A stretch of 64,000 nt of DNA from assembly GCA_044378345.1 (NCBI GenBank), contig JBILXS010000010.1, positions 29,670 to 93,669 of the forward strand, read 5' to 3'. This document shows, piece after piece, positions 29,871 to 40,321 of this stretch. A model generated the notes under the pieces. The model did no database searches. It was not told the origin of the DNA and saw only the letters and a program-made list of their open reading frames with translations. Position numbers and translations under genes: made by a program. This stretch comes from Flavobacterium sp. Its GTDB lineage: Bacteria; Bacteroidota; Bacteroidia; Flavobacteriales; Flavobacteriaceae. Position 1 is the first letter of the stretch; each line of letters opens with the position of its first letter.

Positions 29871-29912
29871 AATATTCGATATTCGTTAATCAACATTCAA
29901 ACTTCAAAAAAT
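29871..29912. repeat. Degenerate AACATTC heptamer run upstream of gpmI
   Basis: aatattc gatattc gttaatc aacattc aaacttc aaaaatt. Confidence 0.45.
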
Positions 29913-29995
29913 TTCAATCGATACGACAGAAATATTGAAGCCTTTAAAACAAAAAAAACAGCAATAAATTAGACAATTTGCAATTCAATAAAATT

Positions 29996-31513
29996 ATGAA
30001 CAAAAAAGTAATTCTCATGATTCTCGACGGTTGGGGGAAATCACCCAACCCAAAAGTATCCGCGATTGATAATGCTAATATTCCGTTTATCAACTCACTG
30101 TACAAAAATTATCCCTCCGCACAACTGCGCACAGATGGACTCAACGTGGGCTTACCCGAAGGTCAAATGGGTAATTCAGAAGTCGGGCACATGAATCTCG
30201 GCGCTGGACGTATCGTTTACCAAGATTTGGCAAAAATTAATTTGGCGGTTGAACATAAAACGCTCAGCAAAGAGCCAGTGCTTGTTGATGCCTTTCAATA
30301 CGCCAAAGACAACAATGTCAAGGTTCATCTTCTCGGTCTGGTTTCCGATGGCGGCGTACATTCGCACACGTCGCATTTGAGAGGTCTGATCGATGCAACA
30401 CAAGACTTCGGCTTGCAAAAGGTGTTTATTCATGCTTTTACCGACGGTCGAGATGTTGATCCAAAATCTGGAATATCGTATATTCAAAATTTAGAAAATT
30501 ACATCAGCAATACTACTGTTAAATTAGCTAGTGTTGTTGGTAGATACTATGCCATGGATCGCGACAAGCGCTGGGAAAGAGTTAAACTTGCCTATGATTT
30601 ATTGGTGAATGGCATTGGAACAAAATCTCAGAATATCGGTCAAACTATCGTCGAAAACTACAATAAAGACATTACCGATGAATTCATTGCACCTACGGTA
30701 GCAGTCGACGACAATGATTCGCCTATAGCATTAATACAGGAAAACGATGTTGTAATCTTCTTCAATTTCAGAACTGATCGTGGACGAGAATTAACCGAGG
30801 TGCTTTCGCAAAAGGATTTTCACGAACAAAACATGCACAAAATCAACTTATATTATGTGACATTAACCAATTACGACGAAAGCTATCAAAACGTCAAAGT
30901 CGTTTACAACAAAGATAATATCACCGAAACATTAGGCGAAATTTTAGAAAAAAATCATAAAAAACAAATTCGAATTGCAGAAACGGAGAAGTATCCACAC
31001 GTGACATTTTTCTTTTCTGGCGGAAGAGAATTGCCATTTGCTGGTGAAACTCGAATTCTAAAGAACTCTCCAAAAGTGGCAACCTACGATTTGCAACCTG
31101 AAATGAGTGCATTTGAACTAGCCGATGCTTTGGTTCCTGAACTCGAAAAAGGGGAAGTAGATTTTGTGTGTCTTAATTTTGCTAATGGCGACATGGTCGG
31201 CCACACCGGAGTTATGAGCGCAGCAATTAAAGCTTGTGAAGCGGTCGACAAATGTGTCGAGAAAGTCATCACTTCTGCCTTGAAAAACGATTATACGACA
31301 TTGGTAATTGCAGATCATGGCAATTGTGAGACGATGATTAATCCAGATGGTTCGCCAAATACAGCACATACGACAAATCCAGTTCCGATTATTCTCGTCG
31401 ATAAAGATTTGAAAAAAATCAATAATGGCGTATTGGCCGACTTGGCTCCAACCATTTTGGAATTGATGGGAATCGACAAACCAGAAGTAATGACAAGACA
31501 TTCGCTATTATAA
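29996..31513 (+). CDS. gpmI: 2,3-bisphosphoglycerate-independent phosphoglycerate mutase
   Basis: MILDGWG, MGNSEVGH, AETEKYPHVTFF, ADHGN; start moved to ATG 29996. Confidence 0.97.
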   Translation: MNKKVILMILDGWGKSPNPKVSAIDNANIPFINSLYKNYPSAQLRTDGLNVGLPEGQMGNSEVGHMNLGAGRIVYQDLAKINLAVEHKTLSKEPVLVDAFQYAKDNNVKVHLLGLVSDGGVHSHTSHLRGLIDATQDFGLQKVFIHAFTDGRDVDPKSGISYIQNLENYISNTTVKLASVVGRYYAMDRDKRWERVKLAYDLLVNGIGTKSQNIGQTIVENYNKDITDEFIAPTVAVDDNDSPIALIQENDVVIFFNFRTDRGRELTEVLSQKDFHEQNMHKINLYYVTLTNYDESYQNVKVVYNKDNITETLGEILEKNHKKQIRIAETEKYPHVTFFFSGGRELPFAGETRILKNSPKVATYDLQPEMSAFELADALVPELEKGEVDFVCLNFANGDMVGHTGVMSAAIKACEAVDKCVEKVITSALKNDYTTLVIADHGNCETMINPDGSPNTAHTTNPVPIILVDKDLKKINNGVLADLAPTILELMGIDKPEVMTRHSLL

Positions 31514-31567
31514 GAAGTAGCTAAAACATATTTCACTGAAAAAAGCTCCAAATTGGAGCTTTTTTAT

Positions 31568-32842
31568 TTACATTTCATTAAGTACTTCATAGTATTCTCG
31601 CTCTATCCGTTCCTGATGGTTCGGGTGAGCAATTCGAACCAATTCATTGGCGCGCTGCCTTAAAGTCTTGCCGTACAAATCCGCAATGCCATTCTCCGTA
31701 ATAACATAATGAATGTGAGCTCTTGTTGTAACAACTCCAGCACCTTGCTTCAAAAAAGGGACAATTCTACTCTCTCCTCTTTTGGTTGTAGAAGGCAATG
31801 CAATTATCGCCTTCCCTCCTGGACTCAGCGAAGCTCCTCGAATAAAATCCATTTGACCTCCAACTCCAGAATACATTTGTGGGCCAATAGAATCCGCACA
31901 GACTTGCCCGGTCAAATCTACCTCTATCGCAGAATTAATTGCAATCATCTTTGGGTTTTTTCGAATGCGCGCCGAGTCATTTACCATAGATGACTCTTTC
32001 ATTTCAATAAACGGATTGTCATTCACATAATCATACAAACGTTTCGAGCCGATAAGAAATGTCGCCAAAACACGACCTCGTAATGTGCCTTTATAATTGC
32101 AATTGATAACATCATTTTCAATTAAATCAATTACTCCGTCGGAAAACATCTCTGTATGCAAGCCCAAATCTTTGTGATTTTTCAACTTACTTAAAGCAGC
32201 GTTTGGGATAGAACCAATACCCATTTGAAGGGTGCTTTTGTCCTCTATCAAGGAGGCTATGTGACCTCCTATTTTTTCCTCTTCTGCTGAAAATGGAACG
32301 ACATCATGGGAATAAATTGGCACATCAACTGCCACCAAATAATTTATTTCGGACACATGTAAAATACCATCACCAAATGTTCTCGGCATCTGTGGATTGA
32401 CTTGCGCAATAACGATTTTAGCATTTTCGATTGCCGCAATTGTTGCTTCAACAGAAACCCCAAGCGAGCAATATCCGTGAATATCAGGCGGTGAAACATG
32501 AATAAAGGCAACATCTATTGGCAAAACATTTTTACGAAACAAATGTGGCAACTCGCTCAAAAAAACTGGCGTATAGGAACCGTTTCCCGCTTTCAAAGTG
32601 TGCCGAACGTTGGCGCCAATAAAAAAAGAATTGACATGAAAACTATCCGCTAGGTCCGGATTGGCATATCGTGCTTCACCTTCGATATGCAAATGACAAA
32701 CCTCAACATTACGCAGTTCGGAAGCTCTTTCGGTCAGTGCATTTGCTAAAATAGTGGGTGCAGCGGCGGCGGCTTGAAGATAAACTCGATCTCCAGATTT
32801 TACAACTTTTACAGCCTCATCCGCTGTGACATATTTAATCAT
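31568..32842 (-). CDS. Acetyl-CoA hydrolase/transferase family (4-hydroxybutyrate CoA-transferase-like)
   Basis: LQMGIGSIP, HTEMFSDG, SGVGGQMDFIRGA. Confidence 0.92.
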   Translation of the reverse strand: MIKYVTADEAVKVVKSGDRVYLQAAAAAPTILANALTERASELRNVEVCHLHIEGEARYANPDLADSFHVNSFFIGANVRHTLKAGNGSYTPVFLSELPHLFRKNVLPIDVAFIHVSPPDIHGYCSLGVSVEATIAAIENAKIVIAQVNPQMPRTFGDGILHVSEINYLVAVDVPIYSHDVVPFSAEEEKIGGHIASLIEDKSTLQMGIGSIPNAALSKLKNHKDLGLHTEMFSDGVIDLIENDVINCNYKGTLRGRVLATFLIGSKRLYDYVNDNPFIEMKESSMVNDSARIRKNPKMIAINSAIEVDLTGQVCADSIGPQMYSGVGGQMDFIRGASLSPGGKAIIALPSTTKRGESRIVPFLKQGAGVVTTRAHIHYVITENGIADLYGKTLRQRANELVRIAHPNHQERIEREYYEVLNEM

Positions 32843-33240
32843 ACCTTAAGTTTTATTCAAATTTAGGATGTAAATCTATTGAAAAACATGACAAATCTCA
32901 TTTAGTTATCATTTCAAAAACAATTAATTAAATTAAACTTTTGCGATTAATTGCATAAATTTTGTTGTTGTATTTTTTTTGAATCTAAATAATGCACTTG
33001 CCGACCACTATTCCAAAAGTAACCACCACTTAAATTCCCTGATAACGAAAAAATTTATTTATTTTAGGACAATTTTAGTCGTTGCTGCACTGAGATTTTT
33101 TAATCATGAGTTTTCAAAAAAGGGGAAGATGACAAACTTCGAATTACAGTACATAAATCCACGCTGCCATTTGCTCCAATAAAGTAGCTATTAACATGGT
33201 TGCGTAAGATTTACTCAACCCTCTAATTTTGAATAATTAT

Positions 33241-34017
33241 ATGAAACTAAAAATGTTTCTTTTTTTATGTTGTGTTCTAGCCAATTTCGTTTTAAATGCT
33301 CAAAACACGAGAATAAATGACCAGAATACGATTGGCTGGTATAATTACTTCGGCACATTCAAATTGGATAAAAAAATTGGCTTGCATACGGAATATCAAA
33401 CTCGTCGGACCGATTTAATCACCAAACCGCAACAAGGGTTGCTTCGATTGGGACTAAATTATCAATTAAATGCAAAAACGCAGCTTCGCCTTGGTTACGC
33501 TTGGATAGAAACTAGTCCATATGGTGACATTCCTATTAATAGTTTCGGTAAAGATTTCACAGAACATCGCAGTTTCCAGGCAATTACGCTAACAGATAAA
33601 ATCTCTGTCCTTGATATATCTCATCGATTTATGTTAGAACAACGTTGGGTTGGAAGGTATTCTGAAGCCAATTTATCTCATGAAGATGCATTTCCGTTGC
33701 TACACCGGTTACGATATTTGGTAAGACTGCAAGTACCATTAAAAGGAAATGCCATCAAAAATAAAACACCATATGTGGCAATCTATGATGAAATATTTAT
33801 TGGCTTTGGCAAAAATGTAAATGAAAATATCTTTGATCAAAACCGATTCGGATTATTATTTGGATATAAGTTTAATGATATCGTGCGCCTTGAAGCAGGA
33901 TATTTAAATCAAATGCTCCAATTGGGACGAGAAGTAAATGGACGTAATGTTTTTCAAAACAATAATGGCTTCATAATCAATACCAACATCAATATCGATT
34001 TGAGTAAAAAAAAGTGA
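33241..34017 (+). CDS. DUF2490 outer-membrane beta-barrel protein
   Basis: Signal peptide, HRFMLEQRW, RLRY, YDEIFIGFG, FDQNR. Confidence 0.85.
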   Translation: MKLKMFLFLCCVLANFVLNAQNTRINDQNTIGWYNYFGTFKLDKKIGLHTEYQTRRTDLITKPQQGLLRLGLNYQLNAKTQLRLGYAWIETSPYGDIPINSFGKDFTEHRSFQAITLTDKISVLDISHRFMLEQRWVGRYSEANLSHEDAFPLLHRLRYLVRLQVPLKGNAIKNKTPYVAIYDEIFIGFGKNVNENIFDQNRFGLLFGYKFNDIVRLEAGYLNQMLQLGREVNGRNVFQNNNGFIINTNINIDLSKKK

Positions 34018-34137
34018 ATCGACGATAATGTGATATTTCCTTTCCAAGTGCTAATCTGTTTTCAATCCTTGTCTATAAATCAATTACTCCAGGCAAATAA
34101 CAACTTACATTTGATAAATTGAAGTTAAAACTGCAAA

Positions 34138-34162
34138 ATCAAAAGCAATACTATTATATTTG
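34138..34162 (+). promoter_or_regulatory. Degenerate copy of TetR operator overlapping the terC -7 box
   Basis: Right half TACTATTATA identical to 35125-35134; TATATTTG at 34155-34162. Confidence 0.55.
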
Positions 34163-34173
34163 CACAAAACTAG

Positions 34174-34239
34174 ATTGTTCCAAAAGAACTCAAAGAATTA
34201 GATCATCTTCAATATTTGGATCTAAAAAACAACAAAATA
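34174..34239 (+). pseudogene. Single leucine-rich-repeat relic in terC leader
   Basis: Translates IVPKELKELDHLQYLDLKNNKI (LxxLxxLxLxxNxI), immediately after an in-frame TAG and with no start codon. Confidence 0.45.
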
Positions 34240-34300
34240 AAAGCCAATAATATTGACAATCAACAGTTTAAACTCTGGTTTTACCATAAATTTATAAAAC

Positions 34301-35002
34301 ATGCTCGATTTACTTGTACCCTTATTTTCATTAATTGTCTTAGAAGTAATTTTAGGTATTGATAATATTATTTTCATTTCAATCCTGGCCGACAAATTAC
34401 CAGAAAATCAAAGGGCAAAATTGCGATACTGGGGAATCGGATTGGCCATGATTATGCGATTGTGTCTTTTGGCTTTGATATCATGGATTTTAAAACTAGA
34501 TCAAGTATTATTTTCAATTTTTGAAAGTGAATTCACTGGAAAAGGTATAATATTGATCATCGGCGGACTGTTCCTCATGTATAAAAGCACCAAAGAAATT
34601 TATCACAAAACAGAAGTAGCGGCTTCATCGGAATCTCAACTTCCAAAAAAAGGCAGCTTCAATAAACTCCTAGGCGAAGTAATAATATTAGATTTAGTCT
34701 TTTCAATCGACTCAATAATTACCGCAGTAGGGATGGTTCAGGAGCTTTGGATTATGTACACTGCAGTTATAGTTACGGTGATCATTATGATTTTTGCATC
34801 GAAACCAATTAGTGAATTCATTTCAAAACATCCGTCATTCAAAATTTTAGCGCTCTGTTTTTTGATGATGATTGGAGTGACTTTGATTGCAGAAGGATTT
34901 CACTTTGAAATTCCGAAAGGATATATCTATTTCTCGATGGCTTTTGCCTTTTTAGTAGATGTTATTCAAATGAAAACCGTCAAGACAAATTTACCGTCGT
35001 AA
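34301..35002 (+). CDS. TerC family membrane protein
   Basis: LEVILGIDNIIFI, LDLVFSIDSIITAVG, PKGYIYF. Confidence 0.92.
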   Translation: MLDLLVPLFSLIVLEVILGIDNIIFISILADKLPENQRAKLRYWGIGLAMIMRLCLLALISWILKLDQVLFSIFESEFTGKGIILIIGGLFLMYKSTKEIYHKTEVAASSESQLPKKGSFNKLLGEVIILDLVFSIDSIITAVGMVQELWIMYTAVIVTVIIMIFASKPISEFISKHPSFKILALCFLMMIGVTLIAEGFHFEIPKGYIYFSMAFAFLVDVIQMKTVKTNLPS

Positions 35003-35113
35003 AACGAATTCGTAAAATAAAACCCTGAAACCGGAATTATCGGATGCTTGCATTACTAAATCTACGATGTTTAGTTAAAATTTTATTCCATAAATAAAAG
35101 TTAAAGTTTCTTT

Positions 35114-35138
35114 TATAATAGTAATACTATTATATTTG
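35114..35138 (+). promoter_or_regulatory. Perfect 10-1-10 palindrome (candidate TetR operator) overlapping the -7 promoter box
   Basis: TATAATAGTA-A-TACTATTATA then TTTG; TATATTTG at 35131-35138. Confidence 0.7.
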
Positions 35139-35155
35139 CATAAATTTTATCAAAC

Positions 35156-35830
35156 ATGGAAGCTTTACTAAGTAACTTTAAAATTCAGGTCAATCCTAAA
35201 ATCTATGTCAAAGACCCTGAAACATCATCTTTAGGAAAAAAGATTATCGAACAAAGTATCATCATGATTGATGAAATCGGATTTGAGAATTTTACTTTCA
35301 AGAAACTAGGAGAAAAAATTGGGTCAAACGAAAGTTCCATTTATCGCTATTTCGAAAACAAACACAAGCTGATGTTGTACTTATCGTCTTGGTATTGGAG
35401 TTGGATGGAGTATCGATTGGTTTTTAGCACTTCCAATATTGCAAACGCAACCGACAAACTAAATAAAGCTATTGCAATCATCACAGAAAAAATTTTAGAT
35501 GATCAAGATACAGCTCATATTAATGAAGCCACTTTAAACAGAATCATCATCGCTGAATTTACCAAAAACCTTCAAACCAAAGAAGTTGACGAGGAAAATA
35601 AAGAAGGCTTCTTTCTAATTTATAAACGAATTATCAACCGGATTGTGTCTAATATCGCGGCCGTGAATCCAGAATATCCGTTTGCAAAAAGTCTCGCTTC
35701 CACGATTGTTGAAGGTAGTTTGCACCAGCATTTTTTGCAGCAGCACCTCATCACAATAACCGACTGCTGCGAAACGGTTTCTCCATCGGATTTCTATATT
35801 AATTTAGTTCAAAATGTTTTAAGAAAATAA
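35156..35830 (+). CDS. TetR/AcrR family regulator
   Basis: GFENFTFKKLG..IGSNESSIYRYF HTH. Confidence 0.9.
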   Translation: MEALLSNFKIQVNPKIYVKDPETSSLGKKIIEQSIIMIDEIGFENFTFKKLGEKIGSNESSIYRYFENKHKLMLYLSSWYWSWMEYRLVFSTSNIANATDKLNKAIAIITEKILDDQDTAHINEATLNRIIIAEFTKNLQTKEVDEENKEGFFLIYKRIINRIVSNIAAVNPEYPFAKSLASTIVEGSLHQHFLQQHLITITDCCETVSPSDFYINLVQNVLRK

Positions 35831-35834
35831 ACTG

Positions 35835-37493
35835 ATGACGCCACTCAAAAGATATTACAGTTTACTCGGACTTGATAAAAAAGATGTGCTCCAACTTTTC
35901 TTTTACGCTATTTTCGCAGGATTGATCAGCTTGTCATTGCCTTTGGGAATTCAGGCCATTATCAACTTTATCCAAGCCGGAAGAATTAGTGCCTCATGGA
36001 TTGTTCTGATTTTTCTGGTCGTAATTGGAGTTGCATTAGTAGGAATTCTATCGTTGATGCAATTGCGAATCACTGAAAATTTGCAGCAAAAAATATTTGT
36101 GCGTTCATCATTTGACTTTGCGTCGCGATTTCCAAAAATAAAATTTGAGTCGATTTATAATGTGTATCCACCCGAACTAGCCAGCCGTTTTTTTGATACC
36201 ATTTCGATTCAAAAAGGAACTTCGAAGCTTCTTATTGATTTTTCCGCCGCGTTACTTCAAATCGTCTTTGGAATCATCTTACTGTCTTTATACCATCCCT
36301 ATTTTATTTTGTTTGGAATTCTCTTGATTTTCCTATTGTACATTATTTTCAAATTTTCTTATACTTCTGGTTTAGCAACAAGTATGAAAGAATCTCACTT
36401 CAAATACAAAGTTGCCAATTGGTTGCAAGAGATGGCGAGAAACAATTTTAGTTTTCGAAAAGCTCTAAACTATGATTTTGCGCTCGAAAAAAACAACACT
36501 TTAGTTCAAGATTATTTGAGTTACCGAGAAAAGCACTTCGCAATTATTAAAAGACAATTTACACAGCTAATTGTTTTCAAAATGATCATTACAGCAAGTC
36601 TTTTATCAATTGGAGGTTATTTGGTAATCAGCCAACAAATGAATATTGGTCAATTTGTTGCTGCAGAAATCATAATTCTGTTGGTGATAAATTCTGTTGA
36701 AAAAATCATTATTGGTTTGGAAACGCTGTATGACGTTCTTACCTCCATCGAAAAAATTGGGAGCATCACCGACATGGATTTAGAAGAAGAAATCACTGTT
36801 AAAAATGATTATTGTTTCACAAACATCCAACTCGAAACTGAAAACTTGAAATTCCGCTTTCCAGAAAGTAAGAGCGATGTATTAAAATCTATCACACTAA
36901 CCATTGAGCAGGGTGAACGAATATTTATTGAGGGTGAAAATGGATCTGGAAAAACAACACTAATTCGTGTTTTGTCTGGTTTACTGCAACCAACTTCTGG
37001 AGTTTTCTATATCAATGACGATACATTTAGAAAAATTAATTTGCAACAATACCGTTCTCAAATAGGAACAATTCTAAACGGCGAAACACCTTTTGAAGGA
37101 ACAATTAAAGAGAACATTGCCTTTAATGACGTCACTGTAACTGAAGAACAATTAAAGTGGGCTATTGATGCTGTTCAGCTTGGGTCATTAATTAAATCAT
37201 TGCCAAATGGTCTTGACACTAAAATTTTTCCAGAGGGAAAAGAACTTTCTTCTTCCAATGCCAGAAAAATTCTATTGGCAAGAAGTATAATTCATAAGCC
37301 TAAAATTTTGTTCTATGAAAATCCTACCGATAATATGGATGAACAAGTTGCAAATGAAATTATCGATTTTATTCTCTCCAAAGAACACAAATGGACTTTA
37401 GTAGTTTCGTCTAAAAACGAAAGATGGAAAAGCAACTGCTCAAGAATCATAACACTTCACAACGGTAAAATTGTTACAGAAATTAAAAAATAA
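35835..37493 (+). CDS. Type I secretion-like ABC exporter (TMD+NBD) with degenerate ATPase motifs
   Basis: Six-TM-like domain, Walker A GENGSGKTT; signature LSSSN, Walker B LFYEN. Confidence 0.88.
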   Translation: MTPLKRYYSLLGLDKKDVLQLFFYAIFAGLISLSLPLGIQAIINFIQAGRISASWIVLIFLVVIGVALVGILSLMQLRITENLQQKIFVRSSFDFASRFPKIKFESIYNVYPPELASRFFDTISIQKGTSKLLIDFSAALLQIVFGIILLSLYHPYFILFGILLIFLLYIIFKFSYTSGLATSMKESHFKYKVANWLQEMARNNFSFRKALNYDFALEKNNTLVQDYLSYREKHFAIIKRQFTQLIVFKMIITASLLSIGGYLVISQQMNIGQFVAAEIIILLVINSVEKIIIGLETLYDVLTSIEKIGSITDMDLEEEITVKNDYCFTNIQLETENLKFRFPESKSDVLKSITLTIEQGERIFIEGENGSGKTTLIRVLSGLLQPTSGVFYINDDTFRKINLQQYRSQIGTILNGETPFEGTIKENIAFNDVTVTEEQLKWAIDAVQLGSLIKSLPNGLDTKIFPEGKELSSSNARKILLARSIIHKPKILFYENPTDNMDEQVANEIIDFILSKEHKWTLVVSSKNERWKSNCSRIITLHNGKIVTEIKK

Positions 37494-37497
37494 TTAG

Positions 37498-38844
37498 ATG
37501 TTAAATTTATCAAGTACAGATCAAAAAATCGGTCCATTAGAGAAGTATTCCACAGTGAAAAACTTATCAAACAGACCACATTATAAGATTCTGAATAGAA
37601 TTATTGCCATCGTTTCACTTTTTGTTTTGATTGCATTGTTCTTACCGTGGACACAAAATATCTCAGGTAGTGGTTCAGTAACAACTCTGAAACCTAATCA
37701 AAGACCGCAAACCATTCAAACTGTGATTTCTGGTCGAATAGAAAAGTGGTATGTCAAAGAAGGCGATTTCGTACAAAAAGGTGATACTATTCTATTCATC
37801 TCAGAGATAAAAGAAGAGTATTTTGACCCCAACCTAGTTGAAAATACTAAGAATCAAGTAGAAGCGAAGAAAAGATCCGTTGAATCTTATGGCTCAAAAG
37901 TAACTTCATTAGGCAATCAAATTAATGCCATTGAAAATGAAAAAGCATTAAAGTTGCAACAAGCACAAAATAAAATCAAACAAGCTGTTTTTAAGATTAA
38001 AACAGACAGTATTGATTTAGAAGCAGTAAAAACACAATTAAAAATCGCTAAAACTCAGTTTAATCGTGCAACGCAATTAAACAAAGAAGGACTAAAACCG
38101 CTCACAGATGTTGAAGAAAAACGACTTAAACTGCAAGATGCTGAAGCAAAAATCATCTCGCAAGAGAACAAATACTTGACGAGTAAAAACGAATACATCA
38201 ACGCACGAGTCGAAATTAATCGCATCACAGCAGAGTATAATGAAAAATCCTCGAAAGCCGAAAGCGACCAGTTTACTGCCTTGAGTAATCAATATGACAC
38301 CGAAGCACAAGTTAATAAACTCGAGAATCAAGTTGTAAATTATAGAATCCGAAATGGATTATACTTCATAAAGGCCCCACAAACTGGCTACGTCAACAGA
38401 GCTTTACAAGCCGGGATTGGTGAAAATATCAAAGAAGGAACGCCTATAGTTAGCATCATGCCCGCTAATTATGAAATAGCAGTAGAGACCTTCGTTGATC
38501 CAATTGATCTTCCGCTAATACATCGCGGCGAAAAAATTCGAGTTTGGTTTGATGGATGGCCTACCATTGTGTTTTCAGGCTGGCCCAACATGTCTTACGG
38601 AACATTCGGTGGAAAAGTGGTTGCAATGGAAAATTTTATTAGTGAAAATGGGAAGTTTCGAATATTGATTGCACCTGATGAAAATGACATTCCTTGGCCA
38701 AAACAACTGAGTATTGGCGCAGGCGCGCAAACTATTGCGCTACTAAATAACGTTCCTGTATGGTTTGAATTATGGCGAACTTTAAATGGCTTTCCACCAA
38801 ACTATTACACTCCAAAATCAAAAGAAACTAAAGACAAAAAATAA
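37498..38844 (+). CDS. HlyD family membrane fusion protein
   Basis: GRIEKWYVKEGDFVQKGD, long coiled coil, GTFGGKV. Confidence 0.92.
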   Translation: MLNLSSTDQKIGPLEKYSTVKNLSNRPHYKILNRIIAIVSLFVLIALFLPWTQNISGSGSVTTLKPNQRPQTIQTVISGRIEKWYVKEGDFVQKGDTILFISEIKEEYFDPNLVENTKNQVEAKKRSVESYGSKVTSLGNQINAIENEKALKLQQAQNKIKQAVFKIKTDSIDLEAVKTQLKIAKTQFNRATQLNKEGLKPLTDVEEKRLKLQDAEAKIISQENKYLTSKNEYINARVEINRITAEYNEKSSKAESDQFTALSNQYDTEAQVNKLENQVVNYRIRNGLYFIKAPQTGYVNRALQAGIGENIKEGTPIVSIMPANYEIAVETFVDPIDLPLIHRGEKIRVWFDGWPTIVFSGWPNMSYGTFGGKVVAMENFISENGKFRILIAPDENDIPWPKQLSIGAGAQTIALLNNVPVWFELWRTLNGFPPNYYTPKSKETKDKK

Positions 38845-40232
38845 TGAGAAACCTATTGTACGTTTTCTTATTTGCTTCAATTTACGGTTTTGGACAAAAC
38901 ACCATTCCGACAGAGTTCACCTACAACGAATTCTTAGGACAAGTGAAAAAATTCCATCCATTGGTAAAAACTGCCGACCTCGAAATCAGCGCAGCTCAAG
39001 CTAATTTATTGAGAGCTCGAGGTAGCTTCGACCCAAAAATAGAAGTCGATTTTTCTAAAAAACAATTCAAAGACAGCGAATATTATTCTTTTTTAAATAG
39101 CAGTTTCAAGATTCCCACTTGGTACGGTATTGAAGTAAAAGCCGGATTTGACAACAGCGAGGGTGTGTTTCTAAATCCAGAAAATACAATGCCCAACCAA
39201 GGATTAACTTCTCTTGGAATTAGTGTCCCTTTGGGTCAAGGTTTGTTTATCAATCAAAGAATGGCGGATTTGCGAAAAGCAAAAATACAAGTTCGACTGA
39301 GTCAAGCAGAGAGAAAACTAAATGCTATTGCTGTTCTTTATGATGCTTCCGTTGCCTATTTCAATTGGAAAAGAAGTTATAATGAAGTAAAATTATATGA
39401 AAATTATGCAACAAACGCAAAAGTGCGGTTTGAAGGTGTTCGATCACTAATTGAACAGGGCGATAAACCAGCAATAGACAGCACCGAAGCTAGAATTATT
39501 TTGAAAAATCGGCTGTTAAGTCTAGAAGATGCCAATCTTAAATTAGCAAAGGCCAAACTAGAACTTGCTAATTTTTTATGGCTCGAAAATTCAATTCCTT
39601 TGGAGCTTTCAGACCTCTTGATACCAGAGGATAGACTAGACAATACCATTCAAGAAACCTTAACAACAAATGATCTTTTGAACGGAGATTCATCGATAAC
39701 CAACCATCCGAAAATTAATGCGCTTCAAAGCAAAGTAGATATTCTTACCGTTGATCGCAAACTCAAAAGCAATAACCTACTCCCGAAAATTGATTTAGGA
39801 TATACATATTTATCGGAACCAGACGCCTTTGACAATTACCGCTTTGAGGATTATAAAGTTGGTATGAACTTCTACTTTCCTCTTTTTTTACGAAAAGAAC
39901 GAGGTGATTTGAAAATCGCAAAATTCAAAGTACAGGAATCTAAGTTTACTTTAGAGCTAGAAAAAGTGCAACTGACCAACAAAATCAAAGCGCAAAAAAC
40001 CGAAATTCAATCTTTGCAAAAACAAAGAGTATTTATAAAGAGTTTAGTAACAGACAATACCACAATGTTAAATTCAGAGGAACGTCTTTTTTCATTTGGG
40101 GAAAGCTCGATGTTTCTTATTAATTCGCGAGAAAACAATTTAGTCACCGCGCAATTGGCAGATATTGCTTTGGAAAACAGATTTTTCATTTCCAATTCAG
40201 AACTGTTCAGAATTATGGCAAACCCAGATTAA
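38844..40232 (+). CDS. TolC family outer-membrane channel
   Basis: Signal peptide, GSFDPK, two helical repeats, position after HlyD. Confidence 0.88.
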   Translation: MRNLLYVFLFASIYGFGQNTIPTEFTYNEFLGQVKKFHPLVKTADLEISAAQANLLRARGSFDPKIEVDFSKKQFKDSEYYSFLNSSFKIPTWYGIEVKAGFDNSEGVFLNPENTMPNQGLTSLGISVPLGQGLFINQRMADLRKAKIQVRLSQAERKLNAIAVLYDASVAYFNWKRSYNEVKLYENYATNAKVRFEGVRSLIEQGDKPAIDSTEARIILKNRLLSLEDANLKLAKAKLELANFLWLENSIPLELSDLLIPEDRLDNTIQETLTTNDLLNGDSSITNHPKINALQSKVDILTVDRKLKSNNLLPKIDLGYTYLSEPDAFDNYRFEDYKVGMNFYFPLFLRKERGDLKIAKFKVQESKFTLELEKVQLTNKIKAQKTEIQSLQKQRVFIKSLVTDNTTMLNSEERLFSFGESSMFLINSRENNLVTAQLADIALENRFFISNSELFRIMANPD

Positions 40233-40321
40233 CGATAAATGTATCTTGATAAGTACGGCGCAAGGAAATCTTTATTTTATTTGACTTAAATATGTACTTT
40301 TGACACTCGAATTTACAGAAA

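Noticed and set aside
32979-33182. 67-aa TTG-start ORF in the gap before DUF2490
   Set aside because: No recognisable motif or signal; composition like AT-rich intergenic DNA
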